From: a virus
Virus record (IMG/VR): IMGVR_UViG_3300037493_001906
Location: 54,099-118,098 of that record
Length of the DNA: 64,000 nt
Strand: one strand, 5' to 3'
Positions 1 through 9,152 of the stretch are shown here, piece by piece. The translations under genes and the position numbers were made by a program. The first letter of the stretch is position 1; every line of letters starts with the position of its first letter. Under the pieces are notes generated by a model, which searched no databases, was not told the DNA's origin, and saw nothing but the letters and a program-made list of their open reading frames with translations.

Positions 1-1
1 C

Positions 2-3000
2 CACAACATCTGTAACTCTTATTCTACTAAAATCACCTGTATCAGGATTTTTTAATGTATTGCCAGTTTGAATAGCTACATAATTAGACCTATATAAATT
101 ATTAATTCTGTAAGTAGAATTAAATGTTGCAATTTGAGGACCAATATATTGTGCATGATTAATAACCCTTCTTCTATCACCAGTTGTAGGTATTGCATAA
201 TCTGTATATAAACAATGTGAATGATACCTTAATGCATAATCTTTATAACTAATAACAGCTTTAAAAAAGTTTAATGCAGTGTCTGTACCTTGAGTAAAGT
301 AATTAAAAAATAAAGGAATATTAGCCGTTAAAGCACTCACACTTGCCATGGGCATGTTTTGATATGCCCCATCTGCTTGTTCAATGTTTACTGAACCAGT
401 GTTTAATCCATTATGTGTTGCTGTTTCTACATTATAGGCTTTATTTAAACCATTATATATAAAAGTATCATCAGATTTTCCTAATAAATTATTTGACCAT
501 GAGGTAAGTAAACCACCTTTTAGATTATTATAGTTTTTAAAATAGTTTAATAATGTAGTACCTATTGCTGTACCACTTCCTGTATTATTAAAGTATGCAA
601 TATCTGCTTGAGTAGGAGATGTTACAATTAAATCATTTTGATTAATTGTTGTATCTCCTGTTGTATCATCATTGCCTGATGCATAAGTATTAGTATTTAT
701 GTTTGCAAACAAAGGAAATACTGTTCCTGGACCAAGAGTACCACTAGTATTACGTGTAGCAATATCTGTACTTAAATTATAATTTACTTTATGAGGTAAG
801 TTTTCTTCAGAAAAACCCTGCATATATGGAGATACATAATTTACTTTTCTTTGACCATTCATTGCAATAGCAGCAATACCAAGACCAGCTAAAGCAGATA
901 TTACAAAACAAAAATCTTTAATTAATTTTTCTCTTGGATGCTTATCTGATAATTCAAATTTACCTGTTATATTACCATGAAATTCACCATGAATTTTTAT
1001 TTCTTTAGCAGAGAGGAATGGATTAACAAAAGTTGTATCAGGACTATGAAAACTAAATATATTATTATTAATGGATGCTTGAGGATTATATCCAACTTGG
1101 TCAATCATACCTCCACCATATGGATATTTTTGACCAGTTGTAGGGGTAGTAGATAAGAATGGATCAGCACCAAGATCATTATAGGGATAGTTAGCATATA
1201 AACCTTTTTTACCTGAATTATCAGGTAGAGTATATTCTCTCATATTATTTATGAGACCTTTAGCTAAAATGGTTTTATTACCATTTCTTGTTCCTCTAAA
1301 GATTTCATAACCCACAATACCTACAACAGGAGTACCATCATTTTTAATTGGTGCCTTAATCTTATCAAATACTACACCAAGTATTCTTATATTTCCTGTT
1401 ACAGGATCTGTGTATAGACAAGTAGATCCTGGACCAGTATTTAAATCAGGAAATTTATGATGTCTAATTTGTCTACCACAAAGATCAAATTGACCTTTTA
1501 TAGAAACTCCATTTCCTATTCCTGGTGTTGCAGCTTGAATATTATATGGTAATACTCCTGGAATATTAAAACCAGGATTTAAAGTATTTGTTTCTGAATT
1601 CCATACTTCAGGATTATCATCTGGATATTGTTCTGATGATTCCCAATATCCCATAATACCTTCTCCAATAACAACACCACCATCTGATAATATAGTATTA
1701 GGAGCATTAGTAAAAACAGATGTATTACCTACAAACCATTCTTCATTTGTAAGATCACCAGTTATACTATCTAGAGCATTAGGTATTCCATCTATTCCAG
1801 GTGCATTAAATTTTGGTCTACCAGGAATATGATATGCAGAAGATTTATCTCCTGTATCATATACCCATCTTATAAAAAAAGAATAAACTTCATCTCTTAA
1901 GTAATTAGTTTTATTTCCACCTTTAATATAATAATCTGCAGGATATTCTATAGATTGCCATTTTGTAATAATTTGGTTAGCTAAAGGTTGGTAATTAAAA
2001 TCTTCTTTTGAAGTAGGTCCTGTTCTAATTAAATATGAACCAACAGAATATGTAGCATCTGTTTTATCTATAATAGGTGTCATGATTGGAATCTGTTCAA
2101 TAGGAAAAGTTGGCCAAGTATTATCTATTGTATCAAAACTAAGTCTTTGTTGATGTGTACTATATACACCTGCTAATTTTGCTACTGTTTGTTGATTTAC
2201 TACAGATATAATTACTATTTGAAATTCTGTAAATCTAGTATCTAAACTAGTTAATATAACATCTAATGAACAGGAAGAGTTATTATGATTAAATAATGAT
2301 TGCACATTTGATATATACCAATCACTTATTTTTTGGCCATCTACAGTATATGCAATAGCAACCATGTATGAACCATTGAGTAGTGTTCCTGAACCAAAAC
2401 CATTTTGTACTTCTACACAAGGCGTATCAATAAAGGTAGCTAATCTTAATTTATTACAATCAAGATTCTTTGAATTTATTGTATTATTACAAGTAGCAGA
2501 GTTATTAGGATCTGGAACTTGAATCCAAGGAATAGGACTATTAGGATTTAAATAACTATTATCAGATACTGGGTCAATAGTAAAAGTAAGATTTCTTGTT
2601 GGATTTAATCCATCATCCCAGTATGCCCTATATGTACAACTAACTACAGGTCTTGTTACACCCTTAATTAAATTGGTTGCAGAAAAATTAAGACAAGGAT
2701 CATTTACAACAGTTTCATATGTACATAATGATTCAGTAAAAATACCTATCTCATGACAAGGACCATTAGTAGTATAAATTAACCATTTATCTGCAGTGAT
2801 ATGTATTGTTCCAATGATTTTAGGAATTGAAGTACCACAACCAGTATAGGTTATATTAATACAATTTATATTTGAAGGTTCATTACCTAACTTTCCTAAG
2901 TCACCAGTTTTAGAATTGTTTATAGCATTTCTAGCCTGGGTCCAGGAATCATCAGGTAAGTGAAAATCATTTACATCTTCACTTAACTCTTTGTCAAATC

Positions 3001-3034
3001 TACGTGTATTAATCTGATTAGTATCTTTTGCCAT
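2..3034 (-). CDS. Tail stabilisation protein, crAss-like (P22 gp10-like); 3'-partial, runs off the left edge; missing from the ORF track
   Basis: Manual translation from ATG 3034: MAKDTNQINTRRFDKELSEDVNDFHLPDDSWTQARNAINN...YLRDEVYSFFIRWVYDTGDKSSAYHIPGRP. The frame appeared open to the edge on reading. Position after the ring proteins matches crAss-like order. Confidence 0.75.
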   Translation of the reverse strand, partial: MAKDTNQINTRRFDKELSEDVNDFHLPDDSWTQARNAINNSKTGDLGKLGNEPSNINCINITYTGCGTSIPKIIGTIHITADKWLIYTTNGPCHEIGIFTESLCTYETVVNDPCLNFSATNLIKGVTRPVVSCTYRAYWDDGLNPTRNLTFTIDPVSDNSYLNPNSPIPWIQVPDPNNSATCNNTINSKNLDCNKLRLATFIDTPCVEVQNGFGSGTLLNGSYMVAIAYTVDGQKISDWYISNVQSLFNHNNSSCSLDVILTSLDTRFTEFQIVIISVVNQQTVAKLAGVYSTHQQRLSFDTIDNTWPTFPIEQIPIMTPIIDKTDATYSVGSYLIRTGPTSKEDFNYQPLANQIITKWQSIEYPADYYIKGGNKTNYLRDEVYSFFIRWVYDTGDKSSAYHIPGRPKFNAPGIDGIPNALDSITGDLTNEEWFVGNTSVFTNAPNTILSDGGVVIGEGIMGYWESSEQYPDDNPEVWNSETNTLNPGFNIPGVLPYNIQAATPGIGNGVSIKGQFDLCGRQIRHHKFPDLNTGPGSTCLYTDPVTGNIRILGVVFDKIKAPIKNDGTPVVGIVGYEIFRGTRNGNKTILAKGLINNMREYTLPDNSGKKGLYANYPYNDLGADPFLSTTPTTGQKYPYGGGMIDQVGYNPQASINNNIFSFHSPDTTFVNPFLSAKEIKIHGEFHGNITGKFELSDKHPREKLIKDFCFVISALAGLGIAAIAMNGQRKVNYVSPYMQGFSEENLPHKVNYNLSTDIATRNTSGTLGPGTVFPLFANINTNTYASGNDDTTGDTTINQNDLIVTSPTQADIAYFNNTGSGTAIGTTLLNYFKNYNNLKGGLLTSWSNNLLGKSDDTFIYNGLNKAYNVETATHNGLNTGSVNIEQADGAYQNMPMASVSALTANIPLFFNYFTQGTDTALNFFKAVISYKDYALRYHSHCLYTDYAIPTTGDRRRVINHAQYIGPQIATFNSTYRINNLYRSNYVAIQTGNTLKNPDTGDFSRIRVTDVV

Positions 3035-3105
3035 TATCTAACTATTTTATCACCGTAGAGATCATTAGGATTTTTGTCCCACTGATACCAAGGATAACTC
3101 TTAAA
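3034..3105 (-). pseudogene. Orphaned alternative 3' end (23 codons + TAA) of the 3579-4616 gene
   Basis: Reads FKSYPWYQWDKNPNDLYGDKIVR*, a gapless 12/23-identical match to the current C-terminus FKSYSWFQYDRNPNNYMGERVIR*. Its TAA overlaps the next ATG (TAATG). Confidence 0.85.
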
Positions 3106-3114
3106 CTTACTTTA

Positions 3115-3582
3115 TTATTTATGTTTTACAATATATTCAATTGCTTTAAGCATAATATTTATATTATCTTTAAATTTTCCAATACCTGTATTACAATTAT
3201 CACATAAAAAACCTCTAATTTTTTTAGTATTGTGACAATGATCTAATGAAAGATCTTTTTTTTGTGATGAGTTATGTTCACCACAAATGGCACAATAGCC
3301 GTTGTAAAAATCATAAAGTTTTTTATATTCTTGTTTAGTAATTTTTATACCCTGTTTTTTATAAGAAGACATTTTAACCCCTAATTTAAATTTTTCAGGA
3401 TTTTGTTTTCTATAAATACTTGACTTTATTTTATTTTTTTCTAAATTTTTTGGAAGTTTAGCTCTTTTTTTTGCATCTTCATTTTTACAAAATTTGCAAT
3501 GAGACGCATATCCAGACTTGTTTCTAGGTTCAACTCCAAATAAAGAAACCTCTTTATTTATTTTACATTTTGTACAAATCAT
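3115..3582 (-). CDS. Endonuclease VII-family HNH homing endonuclease
   Basis: CAIC...LSLDHCHNTKKIRGFLCDNCNTGIG motif; N-terminal CxxC...HCxxC zinc-binding region; free-standing between virion genes. Confidence 0.9.
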   Translation of the reverse strand: MICTKCKINKEVSLFGVEPRNKSGYASHCKFCKNEDAKKRAKLPKNLEKNKIKSSIYRKQNPEKFKLGVKMSSYKKQGIKITKQEYKKLYDFYNGYCAICGEHNSSQKKDLSLDHCHNTKKIRGFLCDNCNTGIGKFKDNINIMLKAIEYIVKHK

Positions 3583-4616
3583 CTAATTACCCTTTCTCCC
3601 ATATAATTGTTTGGATTACGATCATATTGAAACCAGCTATAACTTTTAAACATATCATAATATTTTGCATACTGAGCTCTACGATTAGTAGTCCATACTC
3701 TTTTCATTTCTGAGAAGTTAGGAGTATTAACAATAGTAAGAGCATAATTTCTTGCTGCTCTATATCCCTCTTGAATAAGTTGAATCTTAGCAGGACTAAT
3801 ATTCTCATCATTCATGATAAGATTTTCTAGTATTCTTTTTTTAATAGCATACTCATAGTACTCATTTATCATATCATGATCTGGAACCATAAGATTACCT
3901 TCATCATCTTCTAGATCACCTTGATAATTAACATATACTTTACCTGTTGTGAAACTGGTATAGAGATAGCCATTTTTTATCCAAGCAGAATTAACTGAAT
4001 TAAGATACAAATTAGGACATCCACAATCTATTGATTCAGGATTCTCTAAAATTCTAATTGGCATTAATCTCTTATATGTATTAGTAGTTGTATTGATTCT
4101 CTGTACTAACTCATAGCAATCATTTTTACAATTCATAAATACCCTAGGCTTCCTACAGTAGTCACCAAATGGTTCTAAAGGATTGTAGTCTTGTGTAGAG
4201 CATGCAGTAGAAGCAGCAATACAATTGCATGGTTCAAAATTGCATCTATTACAATTGACTGTAGGAGCTGCACAGACATCTATTGTTCCTGGAGTTTCTT
4301 GGTAAGGAGCTATTAGCTTTTCTTCAATCCAAGTACCTTGTGGCATAGCTTGTTGTACAGTAACTTCATCACAAATAAGTGCAAAGTTAAGAGTAAAGAA
4401 ATCATCAGGTAGTTTTACTCTTCCTTTTTCAACATCAAGTAATGCTTCTTTAGTCATCATAATCCTAAGACCAAGATCATAGTTAACTCTCTTAGCAACT
4501 TTAATAAGTTGTTGAGGTTCTATTTGATTTTGTAAAGCAGCATTTTGAAAATCAACCAGAGCTTCACTTAGAAGTTGATCAAATGTTCTATATTTAAGTG
4601 TATAATTATACGACAT
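3579..4616 (-). CDS. Virion tail ring/tubular protein (crAss-like) with a Cys-rich insertion
   Basis: 345-aa ORF between the IHF-like/ring genes and the stabilisation gene; assignment mainly from synteny. Confidence 0.55.
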   Translation of the reverse strand: MSYNYTLKYRTFDQLLSEALVDFQNAALQNQIEPQQLIKVAKRVNYDLGLRIMMTKEALLDVEKGRVKLPDDFFTLNFALICDEVTVQQAMPQGTWIEEKLIAPYQETPGTIDVCAAPTVNCNRCNFEPCNCIAASTACSTQDYNPLEPFGDYCRKPRVFMNCKNDCYELVQRINTTTNTYKRLMPIRILENPESIDCGCPNLYLNSVNSAWIKNGYLYTSFTTGKVYVNYQGDLEDDEGNLMVPDHDMINEYYEYAIKKRILENLIMNDENISPAKIQLIQEGYRAARNYALTIVNTPNFSEMKRVWTTNRRAQYAKYYDMFKSYSWFQYDRNPNNYMGERVIR

Positions 4617-4620
4617 TGTT

Positions 4621-5295
4621 TTATGTTCTTAGTTGACTTTGTTTATCATCTTGCCCTTCTGCATGCATTTGAACCATCAGACTTAATTCTTTTATTGCAT
4701 TTTGCTCTACTTCAGCAAATAGGTATTCAGGATACTGTAGTTTATTATCTTGGATAGGAGCACATTCATCACCATCACAAAGTAAATATTCAATACTTTC
4801 TTCCCATAATCCTTCTACTCTTACTGCTTCCCAAGTTACATTAGGTAAATAAAGATAACCATTTAAATACCAATAATACTTAACATTGTTATATTTAAAG
4901 TTAGTGCTCTTTGTCATGGCTACATATGTAGCTGGCTGAGTTCTATAACAAAGTTGAGAGCCATCAATAGAACTTACTGTTCTAAAGATAGCTCCATAGT
5001 CACCTTCTAATACTGTAGGTAGTTTATCTTTTGTACGCATAATTGTACAATTAGATTTTATATCATTACAACAAGCTTCTACTCTATCTACCTCAATTAG
5101 ATCTACACAAGGTAGTGGAACAAATAAACTTTGAAAGCTTAAGATCTTATTTAATACTTGTTGTTTTCTAATAGATAGTTTAGCATATTTTGTTACTATG
5201 CTATATATAAGGCGATCTGTTAAAAAGGCATCTTCATTGACACCTTTCATAACATTTCTTATTCTTGATATTGATTCTCCTATAGTTAGTCCCAT
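4621..5295 (-). CDS. Virion ring/adaptor protein (crAss-like)
   Basis: 224-aa ORF; helical N-terminus (IGESISRIRN...DRLIY); syntenic position. Confidence 0.5.
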   Translation of the reverse strand: MGLTIGESISRIRNVMKGVNEDAFLTDRLIYSIVTKYAKLSIRKQQVLNKILSFQSLFVPLPCVDLIEVDRVEACCNDIKSNCTIMRTKDKLPTVLEGDYGAIFRTVSSIDGSQLCYRTQPATYVAMTKSTNFKYNNVKYYWYLNGYLYLPNVTWEAVRVEGLWEESIEYLLCDGDECAPIQDNKLQYPEYLFAEVEQNAIKELSLMVQMHAEGQDDKQSQLRT

Positions 5296-5296
5296 G

Positions 5297-5884
5297 TTAA
5301 TCTAGTTCAAATTCATTATAATCTTTTGTATGAAATTCAGTATTTGCTAACATCTGATGCTTATACTTTTTATTTTTAAATAAAACATTAATAGCTGTGA
5401 AGTTTTCTACCTGAACATATTTTTTCCAATTCTCAGGATAATGCTTTGCTACTGCTCTTGTAAATTCTCTTTCTCCTTTAAATTGCCAAAGCTCCCTATC
5501 TTGTAATCTATACTTACTAATAAAGTTAGTATAAAATATTTTAGCTATAAAATTGTCAGATTCAAAATTCCTATGCTTAACATTTTGATTTAACTCTTTA
5601 GATTTTATATAATCAACATTATATTTTTTAGGAGGCATACATGTTCCTATAAATATATAACCTAACTCTTCTGGTAGTTCTGTGCCATCTCTATTTCCAA
5701 TAGCATTTTCCCATATCCTTTTATTAAAAGTAACTATGATAGATTTAAGTGTACTATTTGATATATCTTTATATTGAGGATACTTCTCTTTAAACTTTAG
5801 ATATAAGCTTTCATTAAGAATACTTGTTCTTTTTGCTCTAAATCTTGGAGCATTTAAGTCTGGCTTTTTGAAATAGTTTGTCAT
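5297..5884 (-). CDS. IHF/HU-like DNA-binding protein
   Basis: Helices followed by DGTELPEELGYIFIG, resembling the HU GxVxLxGFGxF turn; crAss-like phages carry IHF-like genes in this block. Confidence 0.65.
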   Translation of the reverse strand: MTNYFKKPDLNAPRFRAKRTSILNESLYLKFKEKYPQYKDISNSTLKSIIVTFNKRIWENAIGNRDGTELPEELGYIFIGTCMPPKKYNVDYIKSKELNQNVKHRNFESDNFIAKIFYTNFISKYRLQDRELWQFKGEREFTRAVAKHYPENWKKYVQVENFTAINVLFKNKKYKHQMLANTEFHTKDYNEFELD

Positions 5885-5955
5885 AATAATACACCTTACT
5901 ATAATATACGTAATTTTTTTAAAGTTTAAAAATAAACTTTTAATCTGACAAAAGC

Positions 5956-5982
5956 AAAAAGCCCAGATTTCTCTGAGCTTTT
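5956..5982 (-). terminator. Intrinsic terminator
   Basis: Minus strand AAAAGCTCAGA-GAAA-TCTGGGCTTTTT. Confidence 0.75.
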
Positions 5983-6027
5983 CACCTGTCAGTCACTGTT
6001 ATACCAACAAACCGTGACATTTTTTTG

Positions 6028-6093
6028 TTAGGCTAGTGTAGTTGCTTTAACTATTACTGAACCACAGATTGTTTGAGGAATTGCAAAGGCCAT
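6028..6093 (-). CDS. 21-aa micro-ORF MAFAIPQTICGSVIVKATTLA
   Basis: ATG preceded by an A-rich AAATAAA leader like neighbouring genes; lies just before the terminator. Confidence 0.5.
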   Translation of the reverse strand: MAFAIPQTICGSVIVKATTLA

Positions 6094-6112
6094 TTTATTT
6101 TATATTTAAAGG

Positions 6113-6589
6113 TTAAACTGTTTCACAACTAGATTCAATAAAAAATTCATATTCTGTATTTGCAAGGAGTCCTGTTACAGTTACTGTACCAATTGCACCA
6201 GCAAGTGGTGAGCCAAAATAAAGCCAAGTTGTTGTTCCAAATTTTCTATAACGTACTCTATAACTTGTAGCAGTACTAGGAATCCAAGATAATACAACTG
6301 AAGTTGCTGTATTTGCAATTGCACTAAATCCAGTTATAGGACTATAACATACATCTGGTGTATAACATGCATCAGGACCTACACCACCTTGTGTAGCTAA
6401 GACTTGAATTATATCACATAACCTATCTCCTGTTTTAACAAGACCTACATCTGGACCAGTATAGATGATACAACATGCATCAAATGTTTCTGAGCATGGG
6501 TTTGGTGTAGGGCAAAGGAATTCATTACAGGGGGCTGGTGTTGTTAGCCCCACATCATGACATCCACAATCTTTATTTCCGCAAGCCAT
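6113..6589 (-). CDS. Cys-rich virion protein with C-terminal fibronectin type III-like domain
   Basis: 12 Cys; SVVLSW...YRVRYR...TVTGLLANTEYEFFIES is an FN3 pattern. Confidence 0.65.
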   Translation of the reverse strand: MACGNKDCGCHDVGLTTPAPCNEFLCPTPNPCSETFDACCIIYTGPDVGLVKTGDRLCDIIQVLATQGGVGPDACYTPDVCYSPITGFSAIANTATSVVLSWIPSTATSYRVRYRKFGTTTWLYFGSPLAGAIGTVTVTGLLANTEYEFFIESSCETV

Positions 6590-6603
6590 TTTATTTTATT
6601 TTA

Positions 6604-8073
6604 TTAAGGTAAAGGACTAGTTGTTATTGAATTAAATCCACATACTGTAGGAGGACACTCAAGACATGCTGTAGGTACAATGGTTAATCTTACATTATAT
6701 ACAGTAGATGATGTTAATGGAGTAAATGTTCCTGTTACAGGTACTGCAGATCCTGCAGCTTGAGATTGTGAACTTAAAAGTGTTCCATAAGTTGAATCAT
6801 AAAGTTCTGCAGTATATGTATAATTACCAGAAAGACTAGTAAAATCATAACTTACACTTTCAGTATCAGCAGTTAAAGTAACCTCTGGACAATTTGCTGT
6901 ATTAACTATAGTATATGATAAACATGAATTACATGTTGCATTTGTAGCTGGATTAGTTAAACAAGGTAATATATCTACTGTAATATCTAAAGCTGTATTA
7001 ATTGGTGTACCTGAAAGATCAATAGTATATCCAGTAATGTTATTAAGATATGAAATAATATCAAAATTAACTAGAATTATACTACCTGCTGAATCTGTTA
7101 CTTTAATTTGAGTAGTTCCACTGCATTGAATAAATCCAGTTGGAATAGTACCACTAATAAATATTGTTAATCCTGATTCAACTAATGTAGAAGTAAGACT
7201 TAGATCAATACCATCACATCCTGAAGGACAACAATTAACTTGAATATTTCTTACTGCTGTTCTAATATCACATACAGTAACCCACATATTTCCAAATGCT
7301 TGAGCTAAATTTGATACTGTATTAGTCCATCCAGGTAAAGATGACATTGTTGTTGTATTACTTGTAAGAGATATATCAGTATTTAAACCTGCACATTGCT
7401 TTACAATATTAGTATAAATATCTACTGTACCTCCTGTTGCTGATCTAAGTTCACAAAATTGTGCTTCTAATGCTGCAAGTACTATATCCATTTCTTCTGG
7501 AACACTTGGCAAAACACATACAGGAGTAACTGTTGGTGGTATGTATATAGGAGGAGTAGCATTTTCAAGAACAATAATTCTTGCTGTGTTGTCAGCTACT
7601 GCAGCTTGTAATGTAGTTATATCAATAACAATAGAGCATACTCTATTTGCTATAGAAGTAACATAGTCTGTTATTTGAGCTTGAGTAACTGTATCTCCAA
7701 AACCATTAACATAATAAAAACAAGGTGCTAAGTCTATAACACAGTCTGGACATCCTGCAGATGTTGTTGTACCTAGTCTTCCTATTATTATTCCATTTTT
7801 AGTATTAAGATCACATATCTGAGTTATCAAAAACTGAATAAGTTCAGAATAGCTTTGAGGTGGACCTGAAGGAAAGCTAAAACAAGATAGATCATAGGTA
7901 CTAACCTTTAATTCATCAAGGACTGCACAAAGTTCTGTAGCTAGTTTGTATATTACATCACTAATTGTATCTCCTTTACAAAGATTAATACATGGAATAT
8001 CTGGCCCTTGCCAGAGTACACAATTGGATGAGATACTATTACATCCTTTTTCATCATAATTTAGTGGTTTCAT
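6604..8073 (-). CDS. Cys-rich fibre-like virion protein (coiled coil plus Ig/FN3-like C-terminus)
   Basis: N-terminal CVLWQGPDIPC...GDTISDVIYKLA shared with the 6113 ORF; heptad segment ITTLQAAVADNTARIIVLE. Confidence 0.55.
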   Translation of the reverse strand: MKPLNYDEKGCNSISSNCVLWQGPDIPCINLCKGDTISDVIYKLATELCAVLDELKVSTYDLSCFSFPSGPPQSYSELIQFLITQICDLNTKNGIIIGRLGTTTSAGCPDCVIDLAPCFYYVNGFGDTVTQAQITDYVTSIANRVCSIVIDITTLQAAVADNTARIIVLENATPPIYIPPTVTPVCVLPSVPEEMDIVLAALEAQFCELRSATGGTVDIYTNIVKQCAGLNTDISLTSNTTTMSSLPGWTNTVSNLAQAFGNMWVTVCDIRTAVRNIQVNCCPSGCDGIDLSLTSTLVESGLTIFISGTIPTGFIQCSGTTQIKVTDSAGSIILVNFDIISYLNNITGYTIDLSGTPINTALDITVDILPCLTNPATNATCNSCLSYTIVNTANCPEVTLTADTESVSYDFTSLSGNYTYTAELYDSTYGTLLSSQSQAAGSAVPVTGTFTPLTSSTVYNVRLTIVPTACLECPPTVCGFNSITTSPLP

Positions 8074-8111
8074 ATTACTATAATATATTAAATATTCCTC
8101 TAATTAACAAA

Positions 8112-9149
8112 TTAATTTATTGAACAACTTTTATTTTGACATCCACAGGCATTATCTCCACATGTAGAGCATGATCCTGCAGTTTCACAACACTCAATAT
8201 AGGTATTTTTTATGTTAGTTAAATCAACTAATTCTTTCTTAATATCCCATTTTTGAGAGTCTTCATCACAACAAGTTTCAAGACCATATCTTTTACTTAT
8301 CATTTGAGCATATACAGCATCTCCATATCTACAGTTTACATTTTCTGTATATAAAGTATCACAATCTCCACAATCTCTTGACTTACATTGAATACAATTA
8401 GATACTGTGGACAGTGTATCAATAGTTATTTCAATATCATAATAAAGAGCACCTTCTGAGTAGGTTGTTTCTACTAACTTTAAACATCCTTTAGCTACTT
8501 CAAATCCTGCATTATTATAAGCATTAGTAATTACTATTGATTGTAACCAATCAATTCCACCATTTGCAGTGACTGTGGTAGAAAGAGCACCATCATAAAC
8601 AAGTTGTAACACATTGCCTACAGAATTAATGTATTCTTTTCCAGAAGCACAATCTACTAGTACATAGAATTTATGAAAACAATCTGATGCACAATCTGAA
8701 CAACTTGAATATTGATTTAGTGGAGTTATTGTTTCTTGTGATGTTAATGGAGCTTCAGTTGGATTTAGTCTATAACAAGTAGATTCATATGGTCCTGTTG
8801 CTACACATACAAAAGCTACATCATTTAAAAGTGTTCCACTAAAATTACCAAATGGTATAACAAAGGTATTTGAAGTATTGGAGCATTCTGTAACAATTAA
8901 GTTATTAGTTGTAATACCACAATTAATAATACAATCTTCACAGTTATTATAAATACCATCAACTGAATAATTAACTATACTAGTTATAGGATCTTCTGTA
9001 AATGTTACTGTATAACAATTAGATCTAGTTAATTCACTATAAATACATATTATTTGTCCTAGTTCTATTTGAACTGATAACTGACTTTGATCAATTACTA
9101 TTATTGGTTGGTCAATATCACAAGGAGTAAGTAAATAATTTAAAGCCAT
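8112..9149 (-). CDS. Cys-rich repeat virion protein
   Basis: Repeated CY.V/L...Y..C.DC units; similar to 9153-10547. Confidence 0.55.
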   Translation of the reverse strand: MALNYLLTPCDIDQPIIVIDQSQLSVQIELGQIICIYSELTRSNCYTVTFTEDPITSIVNYSVDGIYNNCEDCIINCGITTNNLIVTECSNTSNTFVIPFGNFSGTLLNDVAFVCVATGPYESTCYRLNPTEAPLTSQETITPLNQYSSCSDCASDCFHKFYVLVDCASGKEYINSVGNVLQLVYDGALSTTVTANGGIDWLQSIVITNAYNNAGFEVAKGCLKLVETTYSEGALYYDIEITIDTLSTVSNCIQCKSRDCGDCDTLYTENVNCRYGDAVYAQMISKRYGLETCCDEDSQKWDIKKELVDLTNIKNTYIECCETAGSCSTCGDNACGCQNKSCSIN

Positions 9150-9152
9150 TTC

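Noticed and set aside
3106-3650. Group I intron carrying the HNH gene
   Set aside because: The insert is entirely coding apart from 9 nt, leaving no room for a catalytic core, and the 5' exon would not end in U. The terminal G at 3106 is probably chance.
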